From Macrostomum hystrix (Eukaryota; Animalia; Platyhelminthes), in NCBI GenBank assembly GCA_950097015.1, contig CATNEN010000034.1:3782001-3846000 (forward strand): DNA of 64,000 bases, given 5' to 3'. This document shows positions 25,816 through 42,345 of this stretch, piece by piece. The translations under genes and the position numbers were made by a program. Below the pieces are notes generated by a model, which was not told the origin of the DNA, searched no databases, and saw only the letters and a list, made by a program, of their open reading frames with translations. Every line of letters begins with the position of its first letter. Position 1 is the first letter of the stretch.

Positions 25816-27249
25816 TTTATTAGGCTAGGCCTACTAGGTAAAATGCAGAAATGGAAATAGATACTGGCTATTTCTACTATTTTTATCTAGGTTTTAACCT
25901 ATGTATCTATTCTTTTTTCATATCTCCTATTTCTACCATAGGCCTACTAGTAAAAATGTCATACTCCATATTTCATCCTTAGTATCTGGTCTATATCCAT
26001 TTGTCTCTGTAGTTTATCTAGTACCAAGTCCATGTTAGTAGGCTTAGTGTGACTCTGCAGGCACAAATATTCACAGTAAATAATCTTGTCTCATGCAAAG
26101 CTAAAGTCAGTAAAATGACTTAATACTAAAGTCTATAGGCTATAAACATTTACTTCAATAAGGTTCAATATGATACACAAAAGAAATTAGTGAGACAAAC
26201 TTAGAAAGGGCGTCTGCCACTATCTCAGCTGGGTTTGATGCCTGACGAAAACTCTCAGAGCCTAAGCAGGCCTGCTCCCATTGATGGAGAAATCTAGACC
26301 ACAGATCCCAAGTGCCAGATCGAGTCACAGATATCAGGTTATAAGGAGAAAATCCAAGTTGTTCATTTTGATTCCTGCATGTTGCAATTTAATAATTTTA
26401 CAATTTAAATTTAAATTGTCAAGGAATTCTGTCCAACTCCCCAGGTAATCCCCAGAAATTCCAGAGCATAAATTCTGAAAGCAAACTAATTTTAAGTCGA
26501 ATTTGATTTTGCAAATCATCGACGATCTATAAGATCATCCTCGAGACAATCGTTTTCTATGAAAAGTTGGTCCAGCTTAACAAACTTCAAGCTGAAACAA
26601 TAGCAAAATTATATATTTCAGATAAAATTTCTAAGCTCATGTAGTGCCTAAATAAATCTGATACATGGTTCAGCATTATTGTCTGAAAAGCTTGCTGCAA
26701 CAATTTCATCTTCATCCGTGTCTCGCGCTGTTCTACTACGGGAATCCTAACAAATGTATTATGTCTTGAAATAAACAGATTGTGGTCCAGATTATGCAGT
26801 TTACGTTTTTTAGTGATGAGACAAATGCCTTCTGTTCAATTCAATGTGTAGGTTTTTCGATTGTAGACTTGTGGGTTTCCCCCCGCTTTTTTAAGCATCA
26901 CGATACGCCTTACTTTTTTATTAGTTATCAGTTGACGATTTGACATAGACTTTTTTATCCACTAGGCCTATTTAAGTAAATTCGTGTATCTACTTGGTCT
27001 GGCCTATGCTTTGGAATTATTGTTATGTAATATTGATGGTCTAATTTTCGACTATAATATGAATATTAATATATACCATCCATAAGTTCAACAATTTAGC
27101 TTGCCTATGCTTGTTTAGAAATGGATTAGTGACATCAGTAAACATGTTTGCCTCTTGTACTCGTACCAAGGTGCCTCAGCTAGATTCCATGGTGAGGCCA
27201 CATTTATTTGCAGTGCAGCCACAGTGACAAGGCTTGGGAGCTTGTACAA

Positions 27250-27445
27250 TTTACACCCTTGAGGGGCCGACCTCCAAGGCTAGCAAGGCAAAGTGTGTGT
27301 AACACTGCCTAACAATGAGAAAGTGTCTGTGTATGCCTGTGTATAGTAAGTGTGTGTGTGTGTGTTCAGTAGTTAGTGCAATGGGAATAATTGCCTCCTT
27401 GTTTGCTGTAGGTCTAGTGTCACCAATTGAGTATGCCTATGTTTA
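27250..27445 (+). repeat. Dispersed structured repeat, copy C (degenerate, with GT microsatellite)
   Basis: CCTTGAGGGGCCGACCTCCAAGG, AATGGGAATAATTGCCTCC and GGTCTAGTGTCACCAA blocks. Confidence 0.65.
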
Positions 27446-27483
27446 GGGCCAGAGATGTCCTATAATTATTTTTAATATTATTA

Positions 27484-27976
27484 GGCAGTTGTTATTTGTC
27501 CAGTTAACCGGACAAATAGCCATTTGATTATTCGTCCGGTTAGTGATTTTATTGTTAATTTTAGATTTCATACCAAATGTCTGCATTAGAAGGAAGGCAC
27601 CAAACTATGCATGTCGGAAGAGATCTTCCCTTTAAGCCAAATTGTTTATATCTAACTAGGGCCTAATGTCTGTTTGATTTGTATTTTTATCCAACTAAAG
27701 AGTAGGCCTAACCTAAGTTCTTTTAAAGCATGAAGTTGTAGCGACCCATTTGAATACTTCTACAAAGTCAACTAGGTCACCAGCAAAGGACAATACCCGG
27801 ATCAACAGCAAGGACCACAATTTCAACTCCTCGATAGGCTTTCCTCTTGAGTGGTTAACTAATTTATATGGGGTTGTAGTGCTACCACGAGAACCATCAT
27901 TTGTAAGATAAAATAATTAACCGGACAAATAATCAAATGGCTATTTGTCTGGTTAACTGGACAATAAACAACTACC
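27484..27976. mobile_element. Non-autonomous DNA transposon with ~60-bp TIRs
   Basis: GGCAGTTGTTATTTGTCCAGTTAACCGGACAAATAGCCATTTGATTATTCGTCCGG is inverted at 27915-27976. Flanks are AT-rich with no clean TSD, so the superfamily is unassigned. Confidence 0.75.
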
Positions 27977-29784
27977 ATATTATTAAGGCATCATTTTGGT
28001 TTTCCAATCTAAATTGTATTTAATGCATTTTAATAATACATGCTAAATTTCCAATCAATGTGACCCTAACAATCCAGAGGCCTCTGAGCCTAAAGAGTGA
28101 GGAACAAGTCAAGTCATGGCATAGCATAATTCAAGTTAGTGTCATAGGATAATAATGTGTAATCCTAGGCTATACATGATGTTGCCAACCTAGCACTCTA
28201 TGAATACTTAGCACTATGTGAACTCTTGGTTATATGTCTCAAACAAGTTGTTGCTAGTTTCATACATGGTGTAAATTTTAGGCTTAAAAGAGGCCCACAT
28301 ACTTTCATTGTATTTGTGTTGGCCCTGAGGTGGGCTGTTAAGGAACCATTAGTTAAATTAAATCTGTTAAAAAGCATTAAATTAATTTAGAGCTGGAAAC
28401 TAAAACTAAAAATGTCATTATTATTTCAATGTTTTGTTAGGCTAGGATAGTAAAAAATTGAACTATAATATAACCATTAAGCCTATATTTGTTTTTACTG
28501 AGGCCTATGCCATAGTTTTATATATATTTTTACTTTTAACTAGATTCTTTATTGATATAATAGGACTGCATAACATACATATGTTCACCTTTAAAGTACT
28601 ATAATATTTATTTTGTTTCTAGCCTATTATAATGTGTCCAAATTTCAGATCAGGCATGTTTAACAATTGTAACACATAAGGCCTTCAGCTCACTGTGATA
28701 TATCTAGCTAGTTGATTCAAAAATATAATATGGCAAGTGGCAAACTTAGTTTCATATTCAAAATTTTTAAGCTTATTCTTACTCCTAATTCTTAGGAGTT
28801 TCTAAAGCTAATGCTAATAGCTTAGTGACCTATAGAAATAAATGTTAAAAACCTGTAAGGGCATGCTTTAGAATGGGGAAGGATAGAGAATGGTGCACTT
28901 TAGCACAACAATAATAGGCCTAATAATGTATTTTCTTTGCAAATATCAGCTATAGGAAAAATACAGGTTAGTACTATAGAACAACTAGCCAAAATAGCAA
29001 GGTCTGAAAATTAATAACATGTTTGTAATAAATATTTTAGAATGGGAAACCAAAATATTGCTGCAGATATATATACTTAATAGGAGAGTTGCTTATATTT
29101 AATCCTAGAATTTATATCAAATTGTGCCCTATTTTCTGTAAAGGCCTTTGATTCTAAGGCAATAATTTTCAGGAACTTTTCTTAAATTATAGCTAAAGGG
29201 CAAGCTAAAGTCATTTGGAATTGTCAAAAGGCTATACATGATATATTTTGTCAATTATATGATCACACTAGCTAATTTTACTGCATATATCTGTTTTGAG
29301 ATAGCTTTAGCAAATATATCTATTCAAATAGAAAAAAGCTATACAAGAAAGTTTTTATGGAATATTAAGATACTAAGATGAGTAAATTTAAGTATATTAA
29401 GATCATAATCTGGATTTTACATAAGACAAACTATATATTTTATGTAGCTAGGTATATTGTCTATAAGAGTTATTTAGGATAGTAGCAGTAGTACAATGTG
29501 TGGTCAAGTTCAAGTGAGACAGTCTCGGCAGCCTTGTTATTAAACACTTTAGAGGAAGGCAGATGATTTATTCTGAAAGAGCATGAATTTTAACATACAA
29601 TTAGCAAAACTTCAGTTAAAAAACTAGCAACAACTGTATGCTTTCTCATTGAACAAAAGTACAGGTTGAGAGACCCAAAAATGGGGTACTATTGCCCAGA
29701 AATATTGGATTTTCTTGTCACTTCTTCAATTTTCTAAATGTCAACGTTATAAACGGCTTCATCTTTGTCCTCTGCTATCTTTGA

Positions 29785-30030
29785 GCCCTTCTTGACGTAG
29801 TTGCTCTTCATCTTGACACATTTCTTGAGCCGCTCGATCCACTTGTCAAAGGCTGAGGCGAAGGCACCTGGCAAAAGGCGGCTGCAGGCTTGCTCCCACT
29901 CCACCTTGACGGTGTCTCCGCTGATGGAGACGCCCCCCAGCTACCCCTTGATCATTGGGAAAAGGAAATAGTCAGCTGGCGCCAGGTCTGGGGAGTAGGG
30001 AGGATGAGGGACAATCTGTTAGGCTGCTCT
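29785..30030 (-). pseudogene. Mariner transposase C-terminal relic
   Basis: Minus strand translates to VPHPPYSPDLAPADYFLFPMIKG*LGG...WIERLKKCVKMKSNYVKK: the mariner YSPDL motif with an in-frame stop. Confidence 0.85.
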
Positions 30031-30833
30031 GCCATTTTTTGGTTCTTGTGGCTGGTGCACTTTATCAAGTTGTAGCTGCTAAGATAGAAGTCGATGAAAA
30101 AAACTGATTGTCTATTAGTCTAGCTAAAATATGAAACACTTGCGAAGATGATCGGGTGGGATTTACCATAGATATTGCATTTATCTCACTTGAACTTGAC
30201 TGCACCTTGTATAACATGTTGAAAAGTGCATTAGCACAAATGATATAATTGTGTTTTCAACAAACACTTACTATTTGTTACTACAAACAAAAAAATGCAT
30301 TATAAAATTGCTATACACTGAGTAGCTAAGTTCTCATCTCCTTACTAAATTTTTATGTAAGACTAACTTAATGCATGTACATCTTCACTCAGTTGTGTGG
30401 CACTGAAGCTTAAAGCATTCCACTATAATATATTTCAGCTATTAATTGACAAACAGACACATTGACATGAAGTTTTAAATGTTAAAACTCGGCTGCAATG
30501 TTCCTTTTTTCAATTTTAAGGAAAAGCTAGTATTTCTGTTATCAGCATTTTGAGCTCTGTCCAAGTTTTTAGTTTCAATCACTAATCTTTAATAATAATA
30601 GCACAACTAATGATTGAACCTTAGTAGTTCTCAGTCTCTTCTCAGCGTCAGCAATGGTGTCATAAAAATTTTGACTTGAAAATTTAGCATTCCCTAGCCA
30701 ATCAACAGTGATGAAATGGATTACTGTGCTGTGTGCTTTTTTAATCCTTTGCTTCTGGTATTGCATATAATATTATTCTGAAAAGCCTAAACTATATTTC
30801 AGTTTGCAAGCAAAATCACGACCTATTAATTAA

Positions 30834-32695
<1,862 letters not shown>

Positions 32696-33630
32696 ATTGG
32701 CATTGCAGCTCGCGTTTTACTCATGGCTTTTATGATTTTTGATGACAATTTTCGAGCTATCTATCAATCTGCTTAGGCTTATGACTCATTCTATCGCGTA
32801 AGATTTACAGAATTTTAGAATTAGAATTACATTATGCTGCTAGTCTACTTAAAGCAATGCAAGGCCTACGGAACAAGCAAGGTCCACGAAAGAAAGCTGT
32901 TTTTGAAGCTGTTTTAATCTAAAAGTTGTTTGTTTTTAGTTTCCTGTTTTAATTAGCTTATTAGTTTCGGAATTGAATTATTACAAGCTTAGCAAGAATT
33001 CTGCTTGAAGCATTCCCATTTTGTCTGCTCCTCTCTTAAAAACACTTTCATAATGAAATGTTGTTGATTTATTCACATTAGCTTTTTATTGTAGTGTAAG
33101 TATTGAATTACTCTACATATTATATCTAACTTTTATTGTTTATGTATCCAGAAAATTTGACAAGAATTTGTTGGTTATCATTCGATTCTTTTGATTTTGT
33201 TTCACTTTTTCTTCTCTAGAATTTGTTTCCTCTGGTTTAAAGTTCATTTCCACTATGATCCTATCCGGTCATATGTGTAATTGTGCATTCATGTTCCCCC
33301 ACGTGGTTCTTACTCTATACTGAACTCAATGTTTATGTTTAAGTCGGCTGTAGTTACCTGTGCCAATGTTAAACGTTATCTTGATTTTTCTGTTCGTATA
33401 AGGTTTCTATAAAAAAAAATAAAAAAAATTCATTTCTGTTTGTGTCGAAAAAAAACATTTTTTAATTATTGCTTTTTAATGAGAGTTTAAGGTTAGGAAA
33501 TATTGTGAAACAAAAAGGGTTATTAAATTATTATGTATAAAGTGTACGTTGTACGGTGCTTTCACGTTTGTAATGAATTAGGCCACTTTGATGACAATAA
33601 ATACGATGATTATTTCAGCCCACCAATCCA

Positions 33631-36013
33631 ATGCTGCGAATTAATCGCCTTGGCGCCCTACTGGCCTGCCAGCGTTGGTCACTTTTTAATCGATCAGCTG
33701 TCAGCGCCGGCTTGTCTGCATCAGCTGGCGGAGACAGACACGGCGGCAGCTCATCCGATAGCTGGCTGTACAGCATCGGCGCCGGTTTTTTTGCCACCGC
33801 CGGCTGCGTCGCCGCTTTGAATAGCAGCAACGATGAAAGCAGCAGCGGCAGTGGCGGGAAGCAACAGTTTTTATTTATGTCTACAAAAGTAGCCGCTGCT
33901 TCTTCATCCTCATCTTCAGCTGCCGGCATTCACGCCACCCACCAGGACTCGCAGCAACAGAATCGACGCCGACGTCGGATTGTCACTCCGGTTGACCAAT
34001 TCGACACTGGTTCTGGCGAAGTCAAACGATCAGCAGGTCTAACTCAGGCAGATTCTAACGATAGTAAATCTTTGCATAAGAGTGCTTTAACCAGATCGGC
34101 TGCTACTGCCCTGCCCCTAGCTGCTAGTACTGCTGCTGCTGCTTCTCGAGAAGCGCCGAATGTGGAAAATCAGCAGGCTTTAACACCAGTGCCAGCATCG
34201 GCCGCAGAGGACAGTCCAGGCTCCATAGTGGTGATGTCTGATCGAACCGGCCTGCCTAGCCGCGTGCCCTACTTGATTATTGGCAGCGGATTTGCTGGTA
34301 TGGCGGCGGCTAGGGCTATTAGAGCCAGCGATCCGCTTTCTAAGGTAGTTTCTTAGAAAATGAAATCTGCCTGCTACATAGCTTCCAGGTTCTTGGGTAT
34401 TACTGTTGCTCGCATTCTCACCCGCAGGTGCTCATGATTGGCGATGAGCCCTATCCGCCCTACCTGCGCCCGCCTCTATCCAAAGAACTCTGGCGTCGCA
34501 AGGAGGACCGGGTGAAAGCTATGCTGTCGCCTCTAGGCGATATGCGCAAAAATTCTTGGCTATTTGTGGAGCCAGATTCATTCTTCATCGATCCGCAGCG
34601 GCTTCATCAGGCTGACACTGGTGGTGTTGGCCTATGGAAGGGGCGCCGTGTTGTGGCTCTAGATGTTAACGAGAAATGCGTCACTTTGGACAGCGGCGAT
34701 CGGGTGCACTACGGCAAGTGTCTCCTAGCAACCGGCGGCCGGCCGCGCAGTCTGCCAGTGTTTGACGCAGCCGCGGCGCAATCGCCAGAATTGGCTAGCC
34801 GGATTGTGCACTTTCGCGGTATCGACGATTTTCAAACCCTGCGCGAACGCGCCAATCGGGCTAAATCTGTTGCCGTGATTGGCGGCGGCTTTCTTGGCTG
34901 CGAGCTGGCCGTTAGCCTGACCGAGGTGGCTAAGAAGACGGGATTGGAGGTTAGCTGCCTTAAGTCTTATCTATAAGAACAAACTAGATTGTTTCTAAAG
35001 AAGTTTCCTAATAAAAGAAACCAAATTTCCGTTGCCAGGTGCACCAGGTGTTCAAAGAGCCTGGCACCCTGGCCCATGTGCTGCCGCCTCACCTATCTGA
35101 GCACACATCAAAATTCATAGCCAATAGCGGTGTTAGCCAGTATCCGGGCGAACAGGTGGCCTCGGTTAGCTGGGACCAGACAACTGGCCGAGTGAACATC
35201 GGCCTGAGCTCCGGGCAAAGCCTCACTGTGGATCTCTGCCTAGTTGCCGTTGGCATCGAGCCCAATACTCAGCTAGCTGAGTCGGCGGGACTGGAAGTCG
35301 ACTCAACCGACGGCGGCTTCCTAGTCAACGCCGAACTGGAAGCGCGAGCCGATCTCTACGCTGCCGGCGACGCCTGCTCTTATTATGATGTACTATTAGG
35401 CCGGCGTCGGGTTGAGCACGTGAATCACGCCGAGGAGAGCGGCGCCGTGGCCGGACGGAACATGGCCTCGGAGCCTGGCGATCCTGACCGCAAGCGGTCC
35501 ACCTATCAGCACCAGAGCTCGTTCTGGTGCAACCTGGCCAACACCTTGGCCTGGGACGCTGTTGGCCTGGTCGATTCTCGCCTAGAGACTCAGTCATTCT
35601 TTGCGATGCCGCCCCCCGCTTCCGATGCGGACGCGGAGTCGTCTGGCCAACAAACGGCCGACTATCAATACCCCGGCGTAGTTTTCTATCTCAAAGCCGG
35701 CCGAGTTGTTGGCATTCTGCTGTGGAATCTGCCAGACGAAATCTTTCAAGATAAAAAGGCTTTCGCGCCGTCTCGCCTAAATCTGGCTAGAAAAGTGCTA
35801 GCTGACAGACAGCTGGCCGATCCGGCAGCTCTGCTGGCTCTAGCCAAGGAGTTCGACGTCTACCAGACTGTTGACGACGACTATCAGGATCTAAAGAAGT
35901 ACATGGAGTCCAAGGAGAAGCAGCAGAAACTGGACGAAGAGAAATCTGCGGGCTCCGATGCCAGCCCTTCTGGCAGCTCCGCCGTTGGCCCCGGCGTTGC
36001 TGTGCCCGCTTGA
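33631..36013 (+). CDS. AIFM1: Apoptosis-inducing factor-like mitochondrial flavoprotein; exons 33631-34344, 34428-34949, 35039-36013
   Basis: Arg/Ser-rich presequence plus hydrophobic segment; YLIIGSGFAGMAAARAIRA, PYLRPPLSKELW, KCLLATGGRPR, VIGGGFLGCELA, GGFLVNAELEAR..AAGD, GRRRVEH, HQSSFW, VVGILLWN match AIF. Confidence 0.9.
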
Positions 36014-36576
36014 AAGCCGAGTTTCTTTTGCTATATAGACTACTCACATCTGAATAGTAGTAGTATAGTAAATTAGCTTATGCCAGATGTTTTACTTACC
36101 ACCCTGTTGTCATGGCGAAGATTTGAGAATGGATATCCAACACGCATCCATCTTGTTGCCTATTCTGTTTATGTATTCATAGTGCATATATACTGGTAAG
36201 GCTATTCATCAGGCTGAATAAATGTGTAATTATAAGTTTTTGTGGAAATTTGCCATCTTTGTTTACAGTTTCCTGCTCATTGGGTATAATTCATCATGGC
36301 GATGTGTAAGCGGCTAATTTAATAATTGCTAACATTTTAATGTTTTGTTTCCAGTTGCAGTCGTTTTTCAAGTTAGATATGTGTTACAATTGAAGAGTAA
36401 AAGAGAATAAATGAGTATCTACAGGTATATTTTTTCTTTGAAGAGACTGTCCGAGTTGTAGAAGGCATCACTAAAAAGTCTAAATTTATAATGTTCAAGT
36501 CGGTAGAAAATGCTCATTAATTTCTGTCTGAAATCTATTCATTCCGCTACGTTACAGTTCTCAAGCCGTTTTCGCA

Positions 36577-39500
36577 ATGCTGGAAGATAAGAAGCAGAAG
36601 AAGAAGAAGAAGGAAAAGAAAAAGAAGGAGAAGAAAGAAAAGAAAGAGAAGCGACAAAAGAAGGAGAAAAAGGAGAAGCGGGTGAAGAAGGAGAAAGTGC
36701 GCAGCCCCAGTTCAGGATCAGCTAGTGGCGCCGCTGCTGCAGCTAACAGCGACCACTCGGACGCATCGCCGCCTAGAAACAAGCGTTCAGCTCCGGCCTC
36801 CACTGTAGCGGCACCCGCCTCCGCTGCTCAGCCTGTGTCTTCGTCCGGCTCAACCAGTGGCAACGATTATCGTCGCTCCGGCCACAGTCGGTATCATCAT
36901 CAGCGCGAGCGGTCCAGATCGCGCGATCGGGCTGATCGATCCAGCGGCAGGGAGCGAGGCGGCGGACGGCCCAGCATCAGCGTCGGCCTCTGGTCGGAGA
37001 TATCTCGCAACACTGGCTGCGCGCCCGACCTGCCGCCGCCGCCACCGACGCAGCAGCTCCCGCCGCCTTCGACGCTGCCACCGCCGCCGACGTTGCCGAC
37101 GACGACAAGTTCGAAGCGGCCAGCAGCTGACGAACAGCAGCAGCCATCGGCTAGTAAGTTGGCTCGCCATTCGGACAGGGAAAGGACTGACAGCAAGCGA
37201 CATCACCATCATCAACACCATCATCAGCATCATGGTCAGGAAGTTCGCCTGGAAGACATAAGCCTACCGACTGGCAAGCCCGCTGGCGGATCTTCCTCGA
37301 CTGCCACAGCCACTGCTGTCTCCAAAGACGCTCAGCAGCAACAGCAGCGGCGCTTGTCGACATTGCCGAATCTGCCAATGCCGCCAGGCATGGAATTGGC
37401 TTCGGGGGGCAGCTCCGGCAAGTCTAGGAAGTCGCAGCAGCAGCAGCGCCTATCAACGCTGCCTGATCTACCTTTGCCGAGTGTTGATAAACTTGATCAT
37501 AAGCGAACTCAAAGATCATCTGCTTCCTCATCCTCTCACCAGCAGCCGCCGCAACAGCAGCAGCAAAATCCTTTGCCGCACACTCCACAATCAGCCAACG
37601 GACCTGGCGCTTTTGCCTCTGTCCTTGGTCCCATGCCAACTTCTGCCGCCGCTGACAATACCACGAAACCGAAGCTTTGTCAGCGGCGTCGCAAGGATGC
37701 CCAGAATTTGGTGAGCTGCTGTTTTTTCGCGCATATCCCTTCAAACCACTGACGTGCCTTTTGATTCATTCAAGTAGGCTTCCTACAGCCTTAGTCCACT
37801 GCCTTACCTTGAGTCATTCCAATTGACATCCCACTGCCTTACCTTGAGCCATTCCAATTGACATCCCACTGCCTTACCTTGAGCCATTCCGATTGACATC
37901 CCACTGCCTTACCTTGAGCCATTCCAATTGACATCCCACTGCCTTACCTTGAGCCATTCCGATTGACATCCCACTGCCTTACCTTGAGCCATTCCAATTG
38001 ACATCCCACTGCCTTACCTTGAGCCATTCCAATTGACATCCCACTGCCTTACCTTGAGCCATTCCAATTGACATCCCACTGCCTTACCTTGAGCCATTCC
38101 AATTGACATCCCACTGCCTTACCTTGAGCCATTCCAATTGACATCCCACTGACCTTTTCAAGTAGGTTTGCCCATCATTGTCTGTAACCTTTAATGTCGC
38201 GAGCTGCCTACTCACTGACCCGCAGGTGTTCATGGATCGCACGCTGGCCGACTTCGATATCCTTGCCCAGGTTGGTGAAGGCGCCTACGGTCAGGTGTAC
38301 AAGGCTCGCGATCGCGCCACCGGGGAATTGCGCGCTCTAAAACGTGTACGCCTAGAAAAGGAGAAGGAAGGCTTCCCAATAACAGCAGTGCGAGAAATAA
38401 AAATCCTAAAACAATTGCACCATCCCAATATTGTCAATCTGAGCGAGATTGTCACAGACGAGGCCTCATTCTACCTGGTGTTTGACTACATGGATCACGA
38501 TCTGTTCGGCTTGTTGGAATCATCCGATGCCGAGTTTACCGAGCAGCACATTGCGGGCATGATGAAGCAACTTCTAGATGGACTAAATTATTGTCATGGC
38601 AAGCGTTTCTTACATCGCGACATTAAGTGCTCAAATGTGCTCATCAATAATGAGGGCCAGATTAAATTAGCTGACTTCGGTTTGGCTCGCCTAGTGGCTG
38701 GCGAGGATCGACCGTACACTAATCCGGTCATCACATTGTGGTACCGGCCGCCTGAACTGCTACTAGGCGAATTGCAGTACTCCACAGCCATTGATATCTG
38801 GTCGTGCGGCTGCATACTTGGCGAATTGTTCACTAGGAAGCCGCTGTTTCAGGCCAATAGAGAGCCGGAACAGTTGGAAGCTATCAGTCTGGTGGGTAGA
38901 TTTTTTTGAGTTTCAAATAATATTTAAGACAGTATCCCTATTGCCGAACACTCATCCCTATGTCTGTGTGCATATTTTCGCTTTTATTTGCATTTGTACT
39001 TTTATGTACACTTGCACTTTAAAAGTTCCTGTGCAACTTAAAAGTGCCTGTATACTTTAAAAGTGCCTGTGCACTTTTAGATCAATCATTTAAAAGATCA
39101 AGTATTTATTGCCTAATACCTGCGCAATCAGGTGTACCTACATGCACAAACACTGCATCTCAAGCATGTTAGATTGCCATCTCGCCTACTAATATTAATA
39201 GTACATATGCACTTTTATTTACCTATGTACTTTTAAGTACACCGCACTTTTTCGCCGATTCATATTCACATTAACATTAACACTGTACTTTAAAATTTTT
39301 AATGCTTACTCTTCTCTCTTCTAATCGCTTCTCCAGCTGTGTGGCACGCCCTGCCCGGCCCTCTGGCCCAGCGTTGTTCGCCTTCGCGATTTCGGCGTCT
39401 ACAAGCCGAAGCGGCAGCATCGTAGACGCCTGCGCGAAGAGCTGGCCTTCATGCCTGGCCCGGCGCTGGACCTGTTGGACTCCATGCTGCAGCTGGATCC

Positions 39501-40361
39501 GGAGAAGCGCTGCTCAGCCCAGCAGGCTTTGGACGGGCCATGGCTAAAGAATGTGGACCCTAACGCTGTGCCCAAGCCTAATCTACCAGCTGATCAGGTG
39601 CGTTTTTGAGTCCTAAAGTCGGGTCAGGGGGTCAGGGTTTTAGTGGCGGAGTGTTCGGCATCCCCATTGAAAACGCGGCGAAGCTACGTTAATCTGTGGC
39701 GCAGCCGCGGAGATAGAGCTTATCGCCCTTGAGGGCCAATCCTTAAGGCCCAGTGAGAGTGTCAGGGAAAATGTGCACCCATCAGCAGAACGGGCAGAAT
39801 TGCCTCTCCTGCAGATATCCTCATATATAATGTCATCATATTAACTGGCAGGACTGTCACGAAATGTGGAGCAAGCGCAAACGAAAGCAGCAACAACAAC
39901 AGCAGCAGCAGCAGCAACAACAACAACAACAACAATTTGCCAATCGTCAAGGCATATCGCGCAATTCGAGCATGGTTGATTTGCAAGAGCGCGAAATGAA
40001 AAAGAGCGCCGGCTATCATAATCAGCAGCAGCAGCAGCCCTCGGCTCTGCTAGAGACCAGAGACCGACGGGCGGCGCCCCAGGAGCTAGCCGAGGATCTC
40101 AGCCGCCTGCTAGCCGCAGATCCCACCCTAATTGACCGGCTAATGACGCGCAGCGAAGGCGGCGGCGACGGTGGCGACGGCGCGCCCGCTGGAGTCGAAT
40201 TGGAGCCTCAGGCGGCGCAGGCGTTGCGCGAACTGCGAGCCCAGCTGTCCTCAGAATCCGCAGGCGGGGTCGCATCGAATTCGGAGCTTCTGCGAGGACT
40301 CCGGGCCGCTCTAGCCAGTCTGGCCAGCAAGGGTGAGGCCACCAGTAGCTATGCCAGCTAG
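36577..40361 (+). CDS. CDK12: Cyclin-dependent kinase 12/13; exons 36577-37710, 38226-38891, 39337-39597, 39852-40361
   Basis: Lys/Arg-Ser/Pro-rich N-terminus; [62 protein letters not shown] and [12 protein letters not shown] are the CDK12/13 signatures. The CDK12 vs CDK13 paralog cannot be resolved. Confidence 0.9.
37795..38155. repeat. 35-bp minisatellite (CCACTGCCTTACCTTGAGCCATTCCAATTGACATC)n in a CDK12 intron
   Basis: About 10 copies. Confidence 0.95.
39722..39830 (+). repeat. Dispersed structured repeat, copy D (CDK12 intron, sense, internally deleted)
   Basis: CGCCCTTGAGGGCCAATCCTTAAGGCCCAGTGAGAGTG then GGGCAGAATTGCCT fused to CTCCTG, i.e. missing the middle of copies A/B. Confidence 0.65.
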
Positions 40362-41889
40362 CGCTGCTTTTATTAAAGCTTTGCTCTTCTATTGCAGCAG
40401 ATCGATAAATAGTCAGTCTGGGCAATTTGATAATAGCGGCATTCCATAGGACTGTGGATTCGATAAACTATATCTGTATCTATAATACTAGGACGGAGAA
40501 TTATATGTGACAGCGTCCTCTCTTGTTACTTTTTTACGCTCGTACTCCCTGTTCTTGCTCTGTGTCTCTCGCATTGTATTTTTGCCCGGTTTGTTGCTAA
40601 CTTTAAGCGTAGCAAATTAGAAAAGTGAAGAGGCTGGGCAAAATGCGCTTTAAGCGCAGTGGCGCCAAAATTATACGAACAGCTGCTTGTAGAGCTTGTA
40701 ATAAGATTAATAAGTAGAATGCATCGACCAACTCGAAAAGCACTCTGCAAAAAACACAGTTAATATGTTCTGCTTCTTGTCGTGTATTTTATTTTATTTG
40801 CTTTCTCTACTCCCCCCTAGGCACTGAGCGAATCCTATTAGTGCTTATTTTATTTCCATTTAACAAGTTGTTAGCTCGCTTGTAAGTTATTTAATTACAA
40901 ATCAGTAAATTTGGACATAAATTAATTTTTGTTAATAATAATTACGTTGGACAGTGCATAAATGGATTAGTAAAAGCAACAGTTATGCTTGTGGAGTCAC
41001 TCATGTGTATAAGGCTTATTGTGGTTTTATTAAAAAATGTTCTGTTCTGTATGTTTTTTTTGTCATTTGGTTCTGGAAGTTATATGTTATTTGTATCTAC
41101 CACTTCAAACCTCTATTCTTTGTAGAGCAAGTTGTATTCAAAGAGTTGAAGTTTAAATCAGGTTGCAGTTGAATCATTTTAGGTCAAACAGGTTTTAGCT
41201 GAAGAATGGAAGTTAGGACTGGCCGCAGTTGAAGAATTAAATATCAAGACTGGTTGCAGTCGAGGAATATGAGGTTAGAGCCTCATATTTTTTCTTTATC
41301 CCTTTCGAAGCCTTACTCTCTGTGACACCCACCTCACTCCCCATGACACCCACCTCACTCCCGAATGACACCCACCTCACTCCCCATGACACCCACCTCA
41401 CTCCCATGACACCACCTCACTCCCCATGGCACCCACCTCAACTCCCTGTGTTCCCACCTCGCCCGCTACACCCATCGAGCAGTTGTCGGTTGCGAATAGG
41501 ATGGGTCGGGCATGGAAAAATCCTCAGAGTGAATGTACTCGTATTTTCAGTAGGTTAAAAATATTATAATAAACTAAATGAATAATTTTGCTTTTAGAGC
41601 ATGCTAGTTTGGGGTCTATCCCGTTGGAAAGTTTTCTCAGAACACAAGTTGAAGTAAGTTGAAAACTGATTCACTATGTATTTTTTTTTATCAAAAGACA
41701 CATGTAGATGTATACAGACATACATACATAGACACACTTGTAGATAAAAGGGACTGTATCTTAATATATTAGCATTAGCAATTAATACATTAGCAAAAAA
41801 CTGAAATGGAACAAACGTCTTTATGTTCTTAACTGAGTAGCAAGAAATTTCTCGAAAACCGACTTGAATAAACTCTTCTAGCAGATTTT

Positions 41890-42345
41890 GCGACCCATTC
41901 TGAGGACCAGTCGAGATTTGAAACTGATTTCATAGCATCCCATTTTATGGACCACTCAGGATTTTAAACGGATTTAGCATTCCATTCTGAGGACCAGTCA
42001 CGGGATTTAAAACCGATTTAGCATTCCATTCTGAGGACCAGTCACGGGATTTAAAACCGATTTAGCATTCCATTCTGAGGACCAGTCACGGGATTTAAAA
42101 CCGATTTACCATTCCATTCTGAGGACCAGTCACGGGATTTAAAACCGATTTAGCATTCCATTCTGAGGACCAGTCACGGGATTTAAAACCGATTTAGCAT
42201 TCCATTTTGAGGACCAGTCGGGATTTAAAACTGATTTAGCATTCCATTCTGAGGACCAGTCGGGATTTAAAACTGATTTAGCATTCCATTCTGAGGACCA
42301 GTGACGGGATTTAAAACGGATTTAGCATTCCATTCTGAGGACTTT
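41890..42345. repeat. 44-bp minisatellite (GCATTCCATTCTGAGGACCAGTCACGGGATTTAAAACCGATTTA)n
   Basis: About 10 copies. Confidence 0.92.

Noticed and set aside
26250-26320. Hammerhead ribozyme (CTGACGA motif)
   Set aside because: No stem II followed by GAAA and no stems I/III could be built.
37795-38155. General rule that intronic minisatellites keep splice signals only on the antisense strand (AAG|GTAAGG here)
   Set aside because: Counter-example: the 46-bp FUT8 repeat has an acceptor-like TGTCTTTAG on the sense strand.
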